From NCBI GenBank assembly GCA_043777795.1, contig JAYWHJ010000090.1:2687-66686 (forward strand): a stretch of 64,000 nt of DNA, written 5' to 3'. Within the stretch, counting starts at the first letter, position 1. Each line of letters starts with the position of its first letter. Position numbers and translations under genes: made by a program. The notes beneath the pieces were generated by a model. The model worked only from the letters and a program-made list of their open reading frames with translations, ran no database searches and was not told where the DNA came from. This document shows positions 51,941-61,284 of this stretch, in pieces. This DNA comes from Polaromonas sp. Lineage in GTDB: Bacteria > Pseudomonadota > Gammaproteobacteria > Burkholderiales > Burkholderiaceae_C.

Positions 51941-52738
51941 ATGCCCTCCCGCGCATCCTTGTTGCTTGCACTTGTTGTTGGGTCGACCTGCAACTTCGCG
52001 TCCGCCCAAGACGTATTAGGACAGGCGCGGCTAAGAGTGTATCTACTTAGTACCTATACAGTGATAGCTGAGAAAGCCTGTGTAGAGAAGTACTCAGACC
52101 TTAAGGTGCCTCTAGCCCTTGCTAGAAGTGAATTTCAGCAGAAGTTGACTGTTGACGTTGAACTTGGAAAAGAGTTTGGCAAAGCACTCGTTGCAAAGCG
52201 TGGTGAAGACATTGGAAAACTGGCTGAGCGGCTTGCATGGCAGGATCTCGAGAAATTTGTGGCTACGCCACACCAGGGTTTTCGGCAGCTTTGTGATGAC
52301 TTGGTTCGTGAGACAAAAAGTCGTGCCTATTGGTCGATTAATGACTATCTCCGGGAGGATTTCGAGACGCACATGATGGCGGTGGGAAATCGGCAAGCGC
52401 TGCCATGCAGCTTCATTCCCTTAAGGCTAAAAGGTATTGCAAGTCGTTTCATTAATCGAGGACACCAAACTACCGAACCAGACCTAGTTCTTGACCAACT
52501 TTTTTATCTTGAGGTGCTTGATCTGTCCGAAAAAGTATCTAACTGCCTTGCTGGGCAGGCGCGAGCGACAGAGTATCGGGTTGTTCCTGGCGTAGAGTTG
52601 CAGACGATCAGCGGGATTGTTAACTCGCTGCAAAGCGCGCTGATGCCGTATCGGGAAAGCAGCACTGAGAAAACCGAGGTCATGCGGGTCGCCAAGGAAC
52701 GTGCAACTGAGTTTTTGCGTGAGCAAGAAGGAAAATGA
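51941..52738 (+). CDS. Orphan secreted protein (265 aa), low GC
   Basis: Signal peptide LLLALVVGSTCNFASAQD. Composition is roughly 50% GC in sampled 60-nt stretches, against clearly higher flanks. No recognisable motif. Confidence 0.6.
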   Translation: MPSRASLLLALVVGSTCNFASAQDVLGQARLRVYLLSTYTVIAEKACVEKYSDLKVPLALARSEFQQKLTVDVELGKEFGKALVAKRGEDIGKLAERLAWQDLEKFVATPHQGFRQLCDDLVRETKSRAYWSINDYLREDFETHMMAVGNRQALPCSFIPLRLKGIASRFINRGHQTTEPDLVLDQLFYLEVLDLSEKVSNCLAGQARATEYRVVPGVELQTISGIVNSLQSALMPYRESSTEKTEVMRVAKERATEFLREQEGK

Positions 52739-52740
52739 GG

Positions 52741-52786
52741 TTGTAGACCAATAGAATATTGCGGGAATTGCTACGCAATGCATAGC
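52741..52786 (+). repeat. Family-A repeat copy just after the orphan gene stop
   Basis: TTGTAGACCAATAGAATATTGCGGGAATTGCTACGCAATGCATAGC. Confidence 0.7.
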
Positions 52787-52884
52787 CTATGGTTTTCGTT
52801 GATACATTCGCCAGCGAGCCCTACAGACTCCGATTCGCCAATATGCTCGGCTCCGTCACACGCTGGCATCTGATGCGTAGTTAC

Positions 52885-53031
52885 CAAGCCAGCAAGCGGT
52901 GATGGAGTGTGGTTGTGATGCAAAAACTGAAGAGAGGCGCGGGGATCAACTCTATATGACTACTCAGCCAGTCGCGTGTTCTCGTAAGTTTTTGACAGCG
53001 CAACTTCCTCCATCGCCGCAGCGTGACCAAG
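52885..53031 (+). repeat. Family-B repeat, right inverted arm
   Basis: See the left arm; it ends 15 bp from the srkA stop codon. Confidence 0.85.
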
Positions 53032-53045
53032 CTGGAGAAACATCT

Positions 53046-54128
53046 TCAACCAACCAAAGGCTCCTCTCGCATAGCCTCAATCTGCTCCTGCAAAAGCTGC
53101 ACCTGCTCATGCCAGTACGCACTGGTTCCAAAATGCGGAAACGCAATCGGAAACGCCGGGTCGTCCCAGCGGCGGGCGAGCCAGGCGCTGTAGTGGATGA
53201 GGCGCAGGGTGCGCAGGGGCTCGATCAGCGCCAACTCGCGGCGGTCGAACGGGCGGAACTGCTCGTAGCCGTCCAGCAGGGCGTTGAGCTGCTGCGTGCG
53301 CTGGCGGCGATCGCCCGAGAGCAGCATCCACAGGTCTTGCACCGCCGGGCCCATGCGGGCATCGTCCAGGTCTACAAAGTGCGGGCCAGCGGCTTGCGTG
53401 GTGCTACCCTCGGGCGTCCACAATATGTTGCCGGGATGGCAGTCACCATGCAAGCGGATGTGTTGGATACCGTCTGCATCTCTGTCTGTCTCCGAATTTG
53501 CACTAGATGCCCCACCTGCCAGAGCAGAATGTGCGCAAGCAGCTACTAATTCAATAGCTTCTACATAAGCCTCTTGCCACGCACCACCCACTTCCGGTGC
53601 CACCATCTGATGCTGGACCAGCCAATCATGCGGCTCGGCGCCAAAGGTGTGCACGTTCAGCGCTGGGCGTACAACAAAAGGTTTGGCAGCGCCCACAGTG
53701 TGGATGCGCGCCAGAAAGCGGCCAATCCACTCCAGCGTGTCCAGCTCGTCCAGCTCTGGCCTGCGCCCGCCTTTGCGCGGGCTGATGCTGTAGCGAAAAC
53801 CGTGCGCGTGGTGCAGGGTTTGACCATACAAAGCAATCGGCGCGGCCAGTGGAATCTCTGCAGCGGCCAGCTCGGCGGCAAAGGCGTGCTCTTCCAGTAT
53901 CTGTGCATCGCTCCAGCGCTCGGGGCGGTAAAACTTGGCGACCACGGCATCGCCCAAGCTGTTGTCCACAGCGTCGCCACTGTGCTCTTCCACATGCGCC
54001 AGGTACACCCGGTTTTCGTAGCTGGACAGTGTCATCAAACGGCCATCGCAGCGCACGCCAGCGGCTTCTAGGGCATCAAGTACCACCTCGGGTGTCAGGG
54101 CTTCAAAGGCATGGGGGGTCAAGGGCAT
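53046..54128 (-). CDS. srkA: Stress-response Ser/Thr kinase SrkA (YihE/RdoA family)
   Basis: LTPEVVLDALEAAGVRCDGRLMTLSSYENRVY...RLHGDCHPGNILW...FVDLDDARMGPAVQDLWML. Confidence 0.75.
   Translation of the reverse strand: MPLTPHAFEALTPEVVLDALEAAGVRCDGRLMTLSSYENRVYLAHVEEHSGDAVDNSLGDAVVAKFYRPERWSDAQILEEHAFAAELAAAEIPLAAPIALYGQTLHHAHGFRYSISPRKGGRRPELDELDTLEWIGRFLARIHTVGAAKPFVVRPALNVHTFGAEPHDWLVQHQMVAPEVGGAWQEAYVEAIELVAACAHSALAGGASSANSETDRDADGIQHIRLHGDCHPGNILWTPEGSTTQAAGPHFVDLDDARMGPAVQDLWMLLSGDRRQRTQQLNALLDGYEQFRPFDRRELALIEPLRTLRLIHYSAWLARRWDDPAFPIAFPHFGTSAYWHEQVQLLQEQIEAMREEPLVG
53515..53558 (+). repeat. Family-A repeat copy (degenerate) inside srkA
   Basis: CCTGCCAGAGCAGAATGTGCGCAAGCAGCTACTAATTCAATAGC. 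Confidence 0.4.
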
Positions 54129-54156
54129 GAGGCAGGGGCTATTTGTAAGTGTTATT

Positions 54157-54205
54157 GGCCTGTAGCGCAATAGAATATTGCGGGAGCAGCTATGAATTAT
54201 GCAGC
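54157..54205 (+). repeat. Family-A repeat copy, best match to the consensus
   Basis: GGCCTGTAGCGCAATAGAATATTGCGGGAGCAGCTATGAATTATGCAGC; overlaps the stop and last codons of the DUF2855 gene. Confidence 0.85.
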
Positions 54206-55281
54206 GACACCATATGCCCCACGCGCGCGTCACCCATGCCTGCCAGCACCTGGGTGTAGGCTTTTTCGGCTGCGGGCACGCCGTGGTGGTACTCTACGGT
54301 CAGCCATGGTTTGGCGGGGTTGGTGACGCTGGTGCAAAAGGCCTGCCAAGCACCGACGGTGTTGCGGCCAAAGGCTTCGGGGCCCCAGTCGGCGTAGCGT
54401 TTTTTGATTTGTGCAGGTGCAAAAAATAGCGTGGGTTTGGGGCCGGGCAAGTCCCTGCCGCCGCCCAAGTGCGCCACATGCGTGCCGCCTATCGAGCAGC
54501 TGTAGGCCAGCTTGCCAAAGCGGGTGTGGATAGCGCGGCGCAAATCGGCGTTGCCTGCAAAGTCTACGTACACGCAGGCAGCGTCTTGCGCCACTTCGCT
54601 TAGCTGCTCGTAGCTGAGCACGCGGTGGTAGCAGCCCAGGCTTTCGCAAAACGCACGGTTGCGCTCTGATGTGAGGCCCACCACCTCGATGCCAGAGCGC
54701 TGGTGCAGCTGGTGCGCCGTGCCGTAGGCGGTTTTGCTCGACGCGCTGGACAAGAGTAAGGTGTTTGCGCCAAAAAAAGCGTTGTCGGCCAAAAAGTCAT
54801 CGATCAAAAACGAGGTGATGAACAGCGGCCGCAGCAAAGCCTGGATGTCTTCGGTGTCTGCCGTGTAGAACGGGTCTGTAGCGCAGCGCATGTAGCTGTT
54901 GTACACCGGGTGCAGGTCGGCGCGGTGCGCTGCAGTGTCAGAAAAGCCTTTGTCGCTGAGCTTGCCTGGCGAGAGCACCGCGTGGGTGGCAAAGGGCCAG
55001 TAGCCATACAAGCGCTCACCCACTGCCACGCCGGGGTGGCTGCTTTGCACCACGCTGGCAAAGCCCCACACGGGTATGTTGCCCCAGCCTTCCTCCGCTG
55101 TGGGAAAAAACTGCCAGTATTTCATGGCATCCCCAAAGGCGGCATAGGTGATGTTGTTGGAGGTGAAGGAGAATTTTTCTATCCGCACACGCACTTGGCC
55201 GTCCGCCAACGGGGCGTCGGGGGTGGTGCTGATTTGGGTGGTGTGCAGTGCGTCTTTACGCACCAGTAAGCGGGTGTCCAT
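54190..55281 (-). CDS. DUF2855 family protein
   Basis: VRVRIEKFSFTSNNITYAAFGDAMKYWQFFP...GWGNIPVWGFA recalled as DUF2855. Confidence 0.65.
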   Translation of the reverse strand: MDTRLLVRKDALHTTQISTTPDAPLADGQVRVRIEKFSFTSNNITYAAFGDAMKYWQFFPTAEEGWGNIPVWGFASVVQSSHPGVAVGERLYGYWPFATHAVLSPGKLSDKGFSDTAAHRADLHPVYNSYMRCATDPFYTADTEDIQALLRPLFITSFLIDDFLADNAFFGANTLLLSSASSKTAYGTAHQLHQRSGIEVVGLTSERNRAFCESLGCYHRVLSYEQLSEVAQDAACVYVDFAGNADLRRAIHTRFGKLAYSCSIGGTHVAHLGGGRDLPGPKPTLFFAPAQIKKRYADWGPEAFGRNTVGAWQAFCTSVTNPAKPWLTVEYHHGVPAAEKAYTQVLAGMGDARVGHMVSLHNS

Positions 55282-55473
55282 AGCGTGTCTCCAGATAAAT
55301 CACCGCTATATAGAGCGGAAAACGAGGGTGCCTACAGTATAGAGAACTGTGCCTAATGAACTCCAAATGGGGGACTTTCCTAGTGGTTAACGACAACTAG
55401 CCTGTAATACTAGCGCATCGCATCACCGCTTGCGCTAGGCCGGCACCGATGCACAGATTTGCGGAAAACAACC

Positions 55474-57075
55474 ATGTTCGACTACATCATCATCGGCGCA
55501 GGCGCAGCGGGCAGCGTATTGGCCGGGCGTTTAAGTGAAGACTCCAGCGTGAAGGTGTGCCTGCTAGAGGCCGGCGGTGCAGATAACTCCGTCTTGATCC
55601 ACTGCCCCGCAGGCCTGGCCCTGATGGCGCAAACCAAACAAGCCAGTTGGGCTTTTGAGACCGTGCCGCAAGCCGGACTGAACGGCCGCAAGGGCTACCA
55701 GCCGCGCGGCAAAGTGCTGGGCGGCAGCAGCTCAATCAACGCCATGTGCTATATCCGTGGCCACCGCAACGACTATGACCACTGGGCCGCGGAAGGCAAC
55801 GCAGGCTGGGCCTGGGACGATGTATTGCCCTATTTCAAACGCTCAGAGACCAACGAGCGCCCAGCGCATGGCGAGTTTGCCCAGCACCACGGCAGCCAAG
55901 GCCCGCTCAATGTGATGGACCTGCGCAGCCCCGCCCGCTTTGGCCCGATGTTTATCGAGGCGGGTGTCCAAGCAGGTTACCCGCGCAACGACGACTTTAA
56001 CGGTGCCCAGCAAGAAGGCGTGGGCATGTACCAGGTCACGCACAAAAACGGCGAGCGCTGGAGCGCGGCCAAGGGCTACCTCACACCCCATTTGTCGCGC
56101 AGCAACTTGCAGGTGATTACCGGCGCGCACACTACTAAAATTTTGTTTGATGGCAAGCGCGCAGTGGGCGTGGCCTATCGCCAAAATGGCCAAACACTGG
56201 AGGTGCGCGCTAGCCGCGAAGTGCTGCTGTGCGCAGGCTCCTTGCAATCGCCCCAAATCCTGATGAACTCGGGCATTGGCCCGGCCGCGCATTTGCAGCA
56301 GCACGGCATCCCGGTGCTACACGCAAGCAGCGGTGTGGGCCAAAATCTGCATGACCATGTGGACGTGGTGCAGGTGGTGAACGCACCGCAGATTACCGAC
56401 TTGTTTGGCGTGTCGCCCATAGGGATGTGGCACGCGCTGCGCGGCATTATGCAGTGGCGCAAAGAGCGCAGCGGCATGCTCACCACCAACTTTGCCGAAG
56501 CCGGCGGCTTTATCAAAAGCCAGCCCAGTGAGGTGCAGCCCGACTTGCAATTGCATTTTGTCATCGGCAAGCTGGTAGACCATGGCCGCAAGCCCACCTT
56601 TGGCCACGGCTATTCTTGCCACGTGTGCCTGCTGCAGCCCAAGAGCCGGGGCAGCCTGACATTAGCCAGCAGCGACCCGATGGCCGCGCCGCTGATTGAC
56701 CCGAACTTTTTAGCCCACAGCGACGACATGGCCCGCATGGTGCGCGGCTTCAAACTGATGCGCAGCATTTTGCAAGCCCCCGCGCTGGCTAGCCTGAGTG
56801 GTCGCGAGTTGGACACCACCGCCAGCGCCACCACCGACGCGCAAATTGAGGCCGTCATTCGCGCCAAAGCCGACACCATCTACCACCCCGTAGGTTCCGT
56901 GCGCATGGGCCTGACCGACCACGATCCGGTGGACGCGCAGCTGCGCGTGAAGGGCGTGCAAGGCCTGCGGGTAGTGGACGCCTCCATCATGCCGCGCGTG
57001 GTCAGCGGCAATACCAATGCGCCGACTATCATGATTGCCGAGAAGGCGGTGGACATGATTCGCGCTGCGCGCTAA
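55474..57075 (+). CDS. GMC family oxidoreductase (choline-dehydrogenase-like)
   Basis: [22 protein letters not shown]..., [13 protein letters not shown]..., HPVGSVRMG. Confidence 0.85.
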   Translation: MFDYIIIGAGAAGSVLAGRLSEDSSVKVCLLEAGGADNSVLIHCPAGLALMAQTKQASWAFETVPQAGLNGRKGYQPRGKVLGGSSSINAMCYIRGHRNDYDHWAAEGNAGWAWDDVLPYFKRSETNERPAHGEFAQHHGSQGPLNVMDLRSPARFGPMFIEAGVQAGYPRNDDFNGAQQEGVGMYQVTHKNGERWSAAKGYLTPHLSRSNLQVITGAHTTKILFDGKRAVGVAYRQNGQTLEVRASREVLLCAGSLQSPQILMNSGIGPAAHLQQHGIPVLHASSGVGQNLHDHVDVVQVVNAPQITDLFGVSPIGMWHALRGIMQWRKERSGMLTTNFAEAGGFIKSQPSEVQPDLQLHFVIGKLVDHGRKPTFGHGYSCHVCLLQPKSRGSLTLASSDPMAAPLIDPNFLAHSDDMARMVRGFKLMRSILQAPALASLSGRELDTTASATTDAQIEAVIRAKADTIYHPVGSVRMGLTDHDPVDAQLRVKGVQGLRVVDASIMPRVVSGNTNAPTIMIAEKAVDMIRAAR

Positions 57076-57146
57076 ACGGGTTGGAGTGCGCTGGCCTGCA
57101 GCATGGTCGCTGCGCAGCGCGGGTTTGATGGGTTCAGTTCTGCCAT

Positions 57147-57190
57147 GGTCACGTTGCGTCGACGCAGAAATTTGCGCTGCAAAACTTCCT
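57147..57190 (-). repeat. Family-B core repeat copy upstream of TCS 2
   Basis: GGTCACGTTGCGTCGACGCAGAAATTTGCGCTGCAAAACTTCCT aligns with 51604-51646 and with the reverse complement of 59807-59854. Confidence 0.65.
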
Positions 57191-57379
57191 AAGCTAATGC
57201 CACCCAACCGCCGCCGCGCCTACGCTTCAAACCATGCTACCGCTTCCCGCCAACTACCCCATCAACAGCCAACCAAGAAACTGCCTCTCCCCGCAGCCAA
57301 TTTCGCCCCTCCCGCAGATTTCCCCGACACAAAGCCCCATACGGCCTAAAATCACTCCAACACCTAGAGGAGCAGAGTG

Positions 57380-58054
57380 ATGCGTATATTGATTGCGGAA
57401 GATGACCAAGTGCTGGCGGACGGCTTGCTGCGCACACTGCGCAGCTCGGGTGCGGCGGTAGACCATGTGACCGACGGGGCGCTGGCCGAGGCGGCGCTGC
57501 TGACCAATACTGAGCTGGATCTGCTGATTTTGGATCTGGGCTTGCCCAAGATGCATGGCCTGGAAGTACTCAAACGCTTGCGCAGTCGGGGCTCTACTCT
57601 GCCCGTGCTGATCCTTACCGCCGCCGACAGCGTGGACGAGCGCGTCAAAGGCCTGGACTTTGGTGCCGATGACTACATGGCCAAGCCTTTTAGCCTGCAA
57701 GAGCTCGAAGCCCGCGTGCGCGCCCTCACCCGGCGCAGCTCGGGCAGCGCCAGCACCCTCATCAAGCATGGCCCCCTGCACTACGACCAATCGGGCCGGG
57801 TGGCCACGATAGACGGCAAGATGGTCGATCTGTCTGCCAGAGAGCTGGGCTTGCTCGAAGTGCTGCTGGTGCGCTCGGGCCGCTTGGTCAGCAAAGACCA
57901 ATTGGTAGAACGCCTGTGCGAGTGGGGCGAAGAGGTGAGTAACAACGCTATCGAGGTGTACATCCACCGCCTGCGCAAAAAGATTGAGAAAGGCCCAATC
58001 CGCATTGCTACGGTGCGCGGCTTGGGCTATTGTTTAGAGAAAATCCCTGGTTAG
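57380..58054 (+). CDS. OmpR-family response regulator (TCS 2)
   Basis: MRILIAEDDQVLADGL...LLILDLGLPKMHG...winged helix IEVYIHRLRKKI; GGAGCA upstream. Confidence 0.9.
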   Translation: MRILIAEDDQVLADGLLRTLRSSGAAVDHVTDGALAEAALLTNTELDLLILDLGLPKMHGLEVLKRLRSRGSTLPVLILTAADSVDERVKGLDFGADDYMAKPFSLQELEARVRALTRRSSGSASTLIKHGPLHYDQSGRVATIDGKMVDLSARELGLLEVLLVRSGRLVSKDQLVERLCEWGEEVSNNAIEVYIHRLRKKIEKGPIRIATVRGLGYCLEKIPG

Positions 58055-58059
58055 ACTAA

Positions 58060-58092
58060 TGGCCCCCACGCTTGCCACTGCGTGTGCTGCGC
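58060..58092 (+). repeat. 33-bp direct repeat, copy 1
   Basis: TGGCCCCCACGCTTGCCACTGCGTGTGCTGCGC recurs at 58219-58251 with 3 mismatches. Confidence 0.85.
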
Positions 58093-58218
58093 TGGACGAG
58101 TCAACGCCAGAGGCGAAGACTCTTCGGGCTGTCCAAGCCTGCGCAGGCAGGCTTGGAGCCGCAGCCCTCAGCCCCTCGGGGGTGCTCCTTGCTTGGGGCG
58201 GCCCGGCGCTGCGTCGGC

Positions 58219-58251
58219 TGGCCCCCACGCTTGCCGCTGTGTGTGTTGCGC
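58219..58251 (+). repeat. 33-bp direct repeat, copy 2
   Basis: TGGCCCCCACGCTTGCCGCTGTGTGTGTTGCGC, 159 bp downstream of copy 1 and 8 nt before the kinase ATG. Confidence 0.85.
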
Positions 58252-58258
58252 GTAATTT

Positions 58259-59770
58259 ATGAAGCTCTTTCAGCGCGAGCAGCGCAGTTTGTTTGGCGAA
58301 ATTCTGGATTGGATGCTGACGCCGCTGCTGCTGCTCTGGCCGATCAGTTTGGTGCTGACTTGGCTGGTGGCGCAGGGCATTGCCACCAAACCGTTTGACC
58401 GGGCGCTGGCGTTTAACGCGCAGGCGCTGGCGCAGTTGGTGAGCGTGCAAAACGAGCGCGCACAGTTCAACTTGCCAGCGCCAGCGCGTGAGATTTTGCG
58501 GGCTGACGACTCGGACTTGGTGTACTACCAAGTGCTTGGTCTGAGAGGTGAGTACCTGAGTGGTGAAAAAGACATGCCGCTACCGGCCGATGACGACAAA
58601 GTAGAGCTGGGCAAGGTCAAGCTGCGTGACGACGAGATGCGCGGGCTGGACGTGCGGATTGCCTATGTGTATGTCGATGCCTCGGCCAATGCAGCCATCG
58701 CCGGCTCTGGCACCAAACCCCCAGCCATGCTTAGCGCAAGTGCCAAACCGGTACTGGTGCAAGTAGCCGAGACACTGGAAAAACGCTCCACGCTAGCCAC
58801 CGAGATTGTCAAAGGCGTGATGTTGCCGCAATTTGTGATTTTTCCATTGGCGGTATTTCTGGTCTGGCTGGCCCTGGTGCGCGGCATCAAACCCTTAAGC
58901 GAGCTGGAAGACCGTATCCGCGCCCGCAAGCCAGATGATTTAAGCCCGATCGACGACAAAACCGTGCCCTTTGAGGTGGTGCCACTGGTATCGTCGGTCA
59001 ACGATTTACTGGCCCGGCAAAAGCAATCCCTTGCCGCGCAAAAACGTTTTTTGGCGGATGCCGCGCACCAGCTGAAAACCCCGCTGGCGGGCTTGCGCAT
59101 GCAGGCCGAACTGGCCTTGCGCGAGGGCACGCAAGAGGCTGACTTGAAGCAATCGCTCAAGCTGGTGAGCCGCTCCAGCATCCGCGCCACCCACACTGTG
59201 AACCAACTTTTGGCCTTGGCCCGCGCCGAGGCTAGCGGCCAAAGCGTGCCCAAGCAGGCCTGTGATTTGGCGGCCTTGACGGTGGAGGTGGTGCAAGACT
59301 GCTTGCCCCGCGCAATGGAAAAGCGCATTGACCTGGGTTACGAGGGCGTGCAACCGGGTACGCAGGATGCCGATGGCAAACTCCATGCGGCGACGGTACT
59401 GGGTAACCCCACGCTAATCAAAGAGATGGTGCGCAATTTGATCGACAACGCGCTGAACTATATGGGTACCCACGAGGCGCAGCCCGGCGTGGTGACAGCG
59501 CGGGTGCTGGCCGATCCGTTTGGCGGTGTGGTGGTGTTGCAAGTAGAGGACAACGGCCCGGGCATTGCGCCATCTGAGCGCGAGCTGGTGTTGCAGCCCT
59601 TTTACCGCACGCTGGGTCAGGAGGCAGACGGTTCAGGTTTAGGCCTGGCCATCGTGGCCGAGATTGCGCAGCAGCACCAAGCTACCCTGTCGATGGAAGA
59701 CACTACCGCGCGCGCTGTGCCGCCGGGGGTGCGGTTTACTTTGCGGTTTTCTAAGCTGGTCGCGGTGTGA
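58259..59770 (+). CDS. Sensor histidine kinase (TCS 2, TctE-like N-terminal sensor)
   Basis: H-box AAHQLKTPLAGL, N/G boxes DNALNY, DNGPGI, GSGLGLAI. Confidence 0.85.
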   Translation: MKLFQREQRSLFGEILDWMLTPLLLLWPISLVLTWLVAQGIATKPFDRALAFNAQALAQLVSVQNERAQFNLPAPAREILRADDSDLVYYQVLGLRGEYLSGEKDMPLPADDDKVELGKVKLRDDEMRGLDVRIAYVYVDASANAAIAGSGTKPPAMLSASAKPVLVQVAETLEKRSTLATEIVKGVMLPQFVIFPLAVFLVWLALVRGIKPLSELEDRIRARKPDDLSPIDDKTVPFEVVPLVSSVNDLLARQKQSLAAQKRFLADAAHQLKTPLAGLRMQAELALREGTQEADLKQSLKLVSRSSIRATHTVNQLLALARAEASGQSVPKQACDLAALTVEVVQDCLPRAMEKRIDLGYEGVQPGTQDADGKLHAATVLGNPTLIKEMVRNLIDNALNYMGTHEAQPGVVTARVLADPFGGVVVLQVEDNGPGIAPSERELVLQPFYRTLGQEADGSGLGLAIVAEIAQQHQATLSMEDTTARAVPPGVRFTLRFSKLVAV

Positions 59771-59806
59771 AGATGTCGCTGTGAGGTGGTTGGCTGGCAT
59801 CAGCTC

Positions 59807-59854
59807 AGGAAGTCGTGCTGCAAAAATTTCTCCTCCGCCGCAAAGTGATCAAGG
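59807..59854 (+). repeat. Family-B core repeat copy downstream of TCS 2
   Basis: The reverse complement aligns with 57147-57190 (shared GATCAC/GGTCAC, TTGCG, AGAAATTT, GCAGCA, ACTTCCT blocks). Confidence 0.6.
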
Positions 59855-59875
59855 TAGCGCAGCACTTTCATGCGT

Positions 59876-61177
59876 TCAAAACCCGTAGCACTTGAACGCC
59901 ATCGCAGGCGACTCACCGCTGATCAGCTCGGCCATGGCTTTGCCTGAGCCTGCACCATGCGTCCAGCCCAGCGTGCCGTGGCCAGTATTGACCCACAGTT
60001 TACCCACCGACGTGCGGCCAATGTAGGGGATGTTGGTCGGGGTGGCTGGTCGCAGGCCGCACCAGAGCTGGGGCTGACCGCCCTGCGCAGCGTTGCGCGT
60101 GTCCGCAACGCCAGGCAGCACCAGCTCGATGCGGTCCAGCAGCATTTGGCAGCGGGTTTGGGCTAAGCGTGAACTGAGCGACAGGTCGTAGCCGCCCACC
60201 TCGATAGTGCCGGCCACACGCAGTTGGTTGCCCAGGCGCGAGATGGCAATTTTTTTATCGTCGTCGATCATCGACACCTGCGGCGCTGCCTCAGGCTTGA
60301 GCAATGGCAGCGTGGCGCTATAGCCTTTGCCAGGATAGACAGGGATGTCCACGCCCACCGTGCGCAAGAGCGGCGCTGAGTAACTACCGCAAGCTACGAC
60401 CACAGCGTCTGCATGCAGTGTCTGCTGTACGCCTGTATCGCGTGCCCGCACCACTACGCTGTCGATGGTGTTGCCCTGTTTGCGCAGCCGCTCCACATCA
60501 TGGCCCCACAGCATCTGCGCGCCGCGCTGCATGCACAGGCCCGCGAGCTTTTGGGTAAACACTCGGGCATCGCCCGACTCATCGCTGGCGGTATAGGTGC
60601 CGCCCGCTATGCGGTGGCCAAAGGTTTTTAAGGCGGGCTCGATTTTGATTAAATCATCACGGCTTACAACGCGGCGGTCCACGCCATACTTTTGCATCAA
60701 AGCGGCTTCGCCTGCGGCGGCGTCGAACTCCTTGCTATCGGTAAAGTAGTGGGCAATGCCTTTTTCTAGCCGTTGGTACTCTATGCCAGTGCTGCGCACC
60801 ACGTCTTTGAGGGCGGTGTGGCTGTAGCGGCCCAAGGCCACCAGCTGCTGCACATTGCGCTCAAATGCTGCGTCATTGCATTGCGCCAAAAACTGCAAAC
60901 CCCAGCGGTACTGCTGCCAGCCCTTGCCTAGCGGCCACTGCGGGCGAAACAGCAAGGGGGCTTCGGCCGAAAACATCCATTTCAGCGCCTTGAGTGGTGC
61001 GCCTTTGCTGGCCCAAGGCTCGCAATAGCTCACCGATATCTGGGCGGCATTGGCAAAGCTGGTCTCCTGCGCGGCATCGGTTTGCCGGTCCACCAGCACC
61101 ACTTCGTGGCCGCGCTCGAGCAAATGCCACGCCGTGCTGGTGCCAATAATGCCTGCGCCTAAAACGATCACTTTCAT
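59876..61177 (-). CDS. dadA: D-amino acid dehydrogenase
   Basis: MKVIVLGAGIIGTSTAWHL..., 433 aa DAO family. Confidence 0.85.
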   Translation of the reverse strand: MKVIVLGAGIIGTSTAWHLLERGHEVVLVDRQTDAAQETSFANAAQISVSYCEPWASKGAPLKALKWMFSAEAPLLFRPQWPLGKGWQQYRWGLQFLAQCNDAAFERNVQQLVALGRYSHTALKDVVRSTGIEYQRLEKGIAHYFTDSKEFDAAAGEAALMQKYGVDRRVVSRDDLIKIEPALKTFGHRIAGGTYTASDESGDARVFTQKLAGLCMQRGAQMLWGHDVERLRKQGNTIDSVVVRARDTGVQQTLHADAVVVACGSYSAPLLRTVGVDIPVYPGKGYSATLPLLKPEAAPQVSMIDDDKKIAISRLGNQLRVAGTIEVGGYDLSLSSRLAQTRCQMLLDRIELVLPGVADTRNAAQGGQPQLWCGLRPATPTNIPYIGRTSVGKLWVNTGHGTLGWTHGAGSGKAMAELISGESPAMAFKCYGF

Positions 61178-61284
61178 AGTCAGCGAGTGTGCGGTATGTA
61201 GCCAAAAATGAAAAGATAAATTAAACTCTTAGTAAAAACATCAGTTTAACTAATACTTGAATCGCCTGGAAAGAGACAGACACC

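Noticed and set aside
52899-53549. 216-aa plus-strand ORF spanning the right family-B arm
   Set aside because: It begins inside the repeat (the peptide [13 protein letters not shown] is also produced by the left arm in the argB over-extension), and the remainder is antisense to the well-supported srkA gene.
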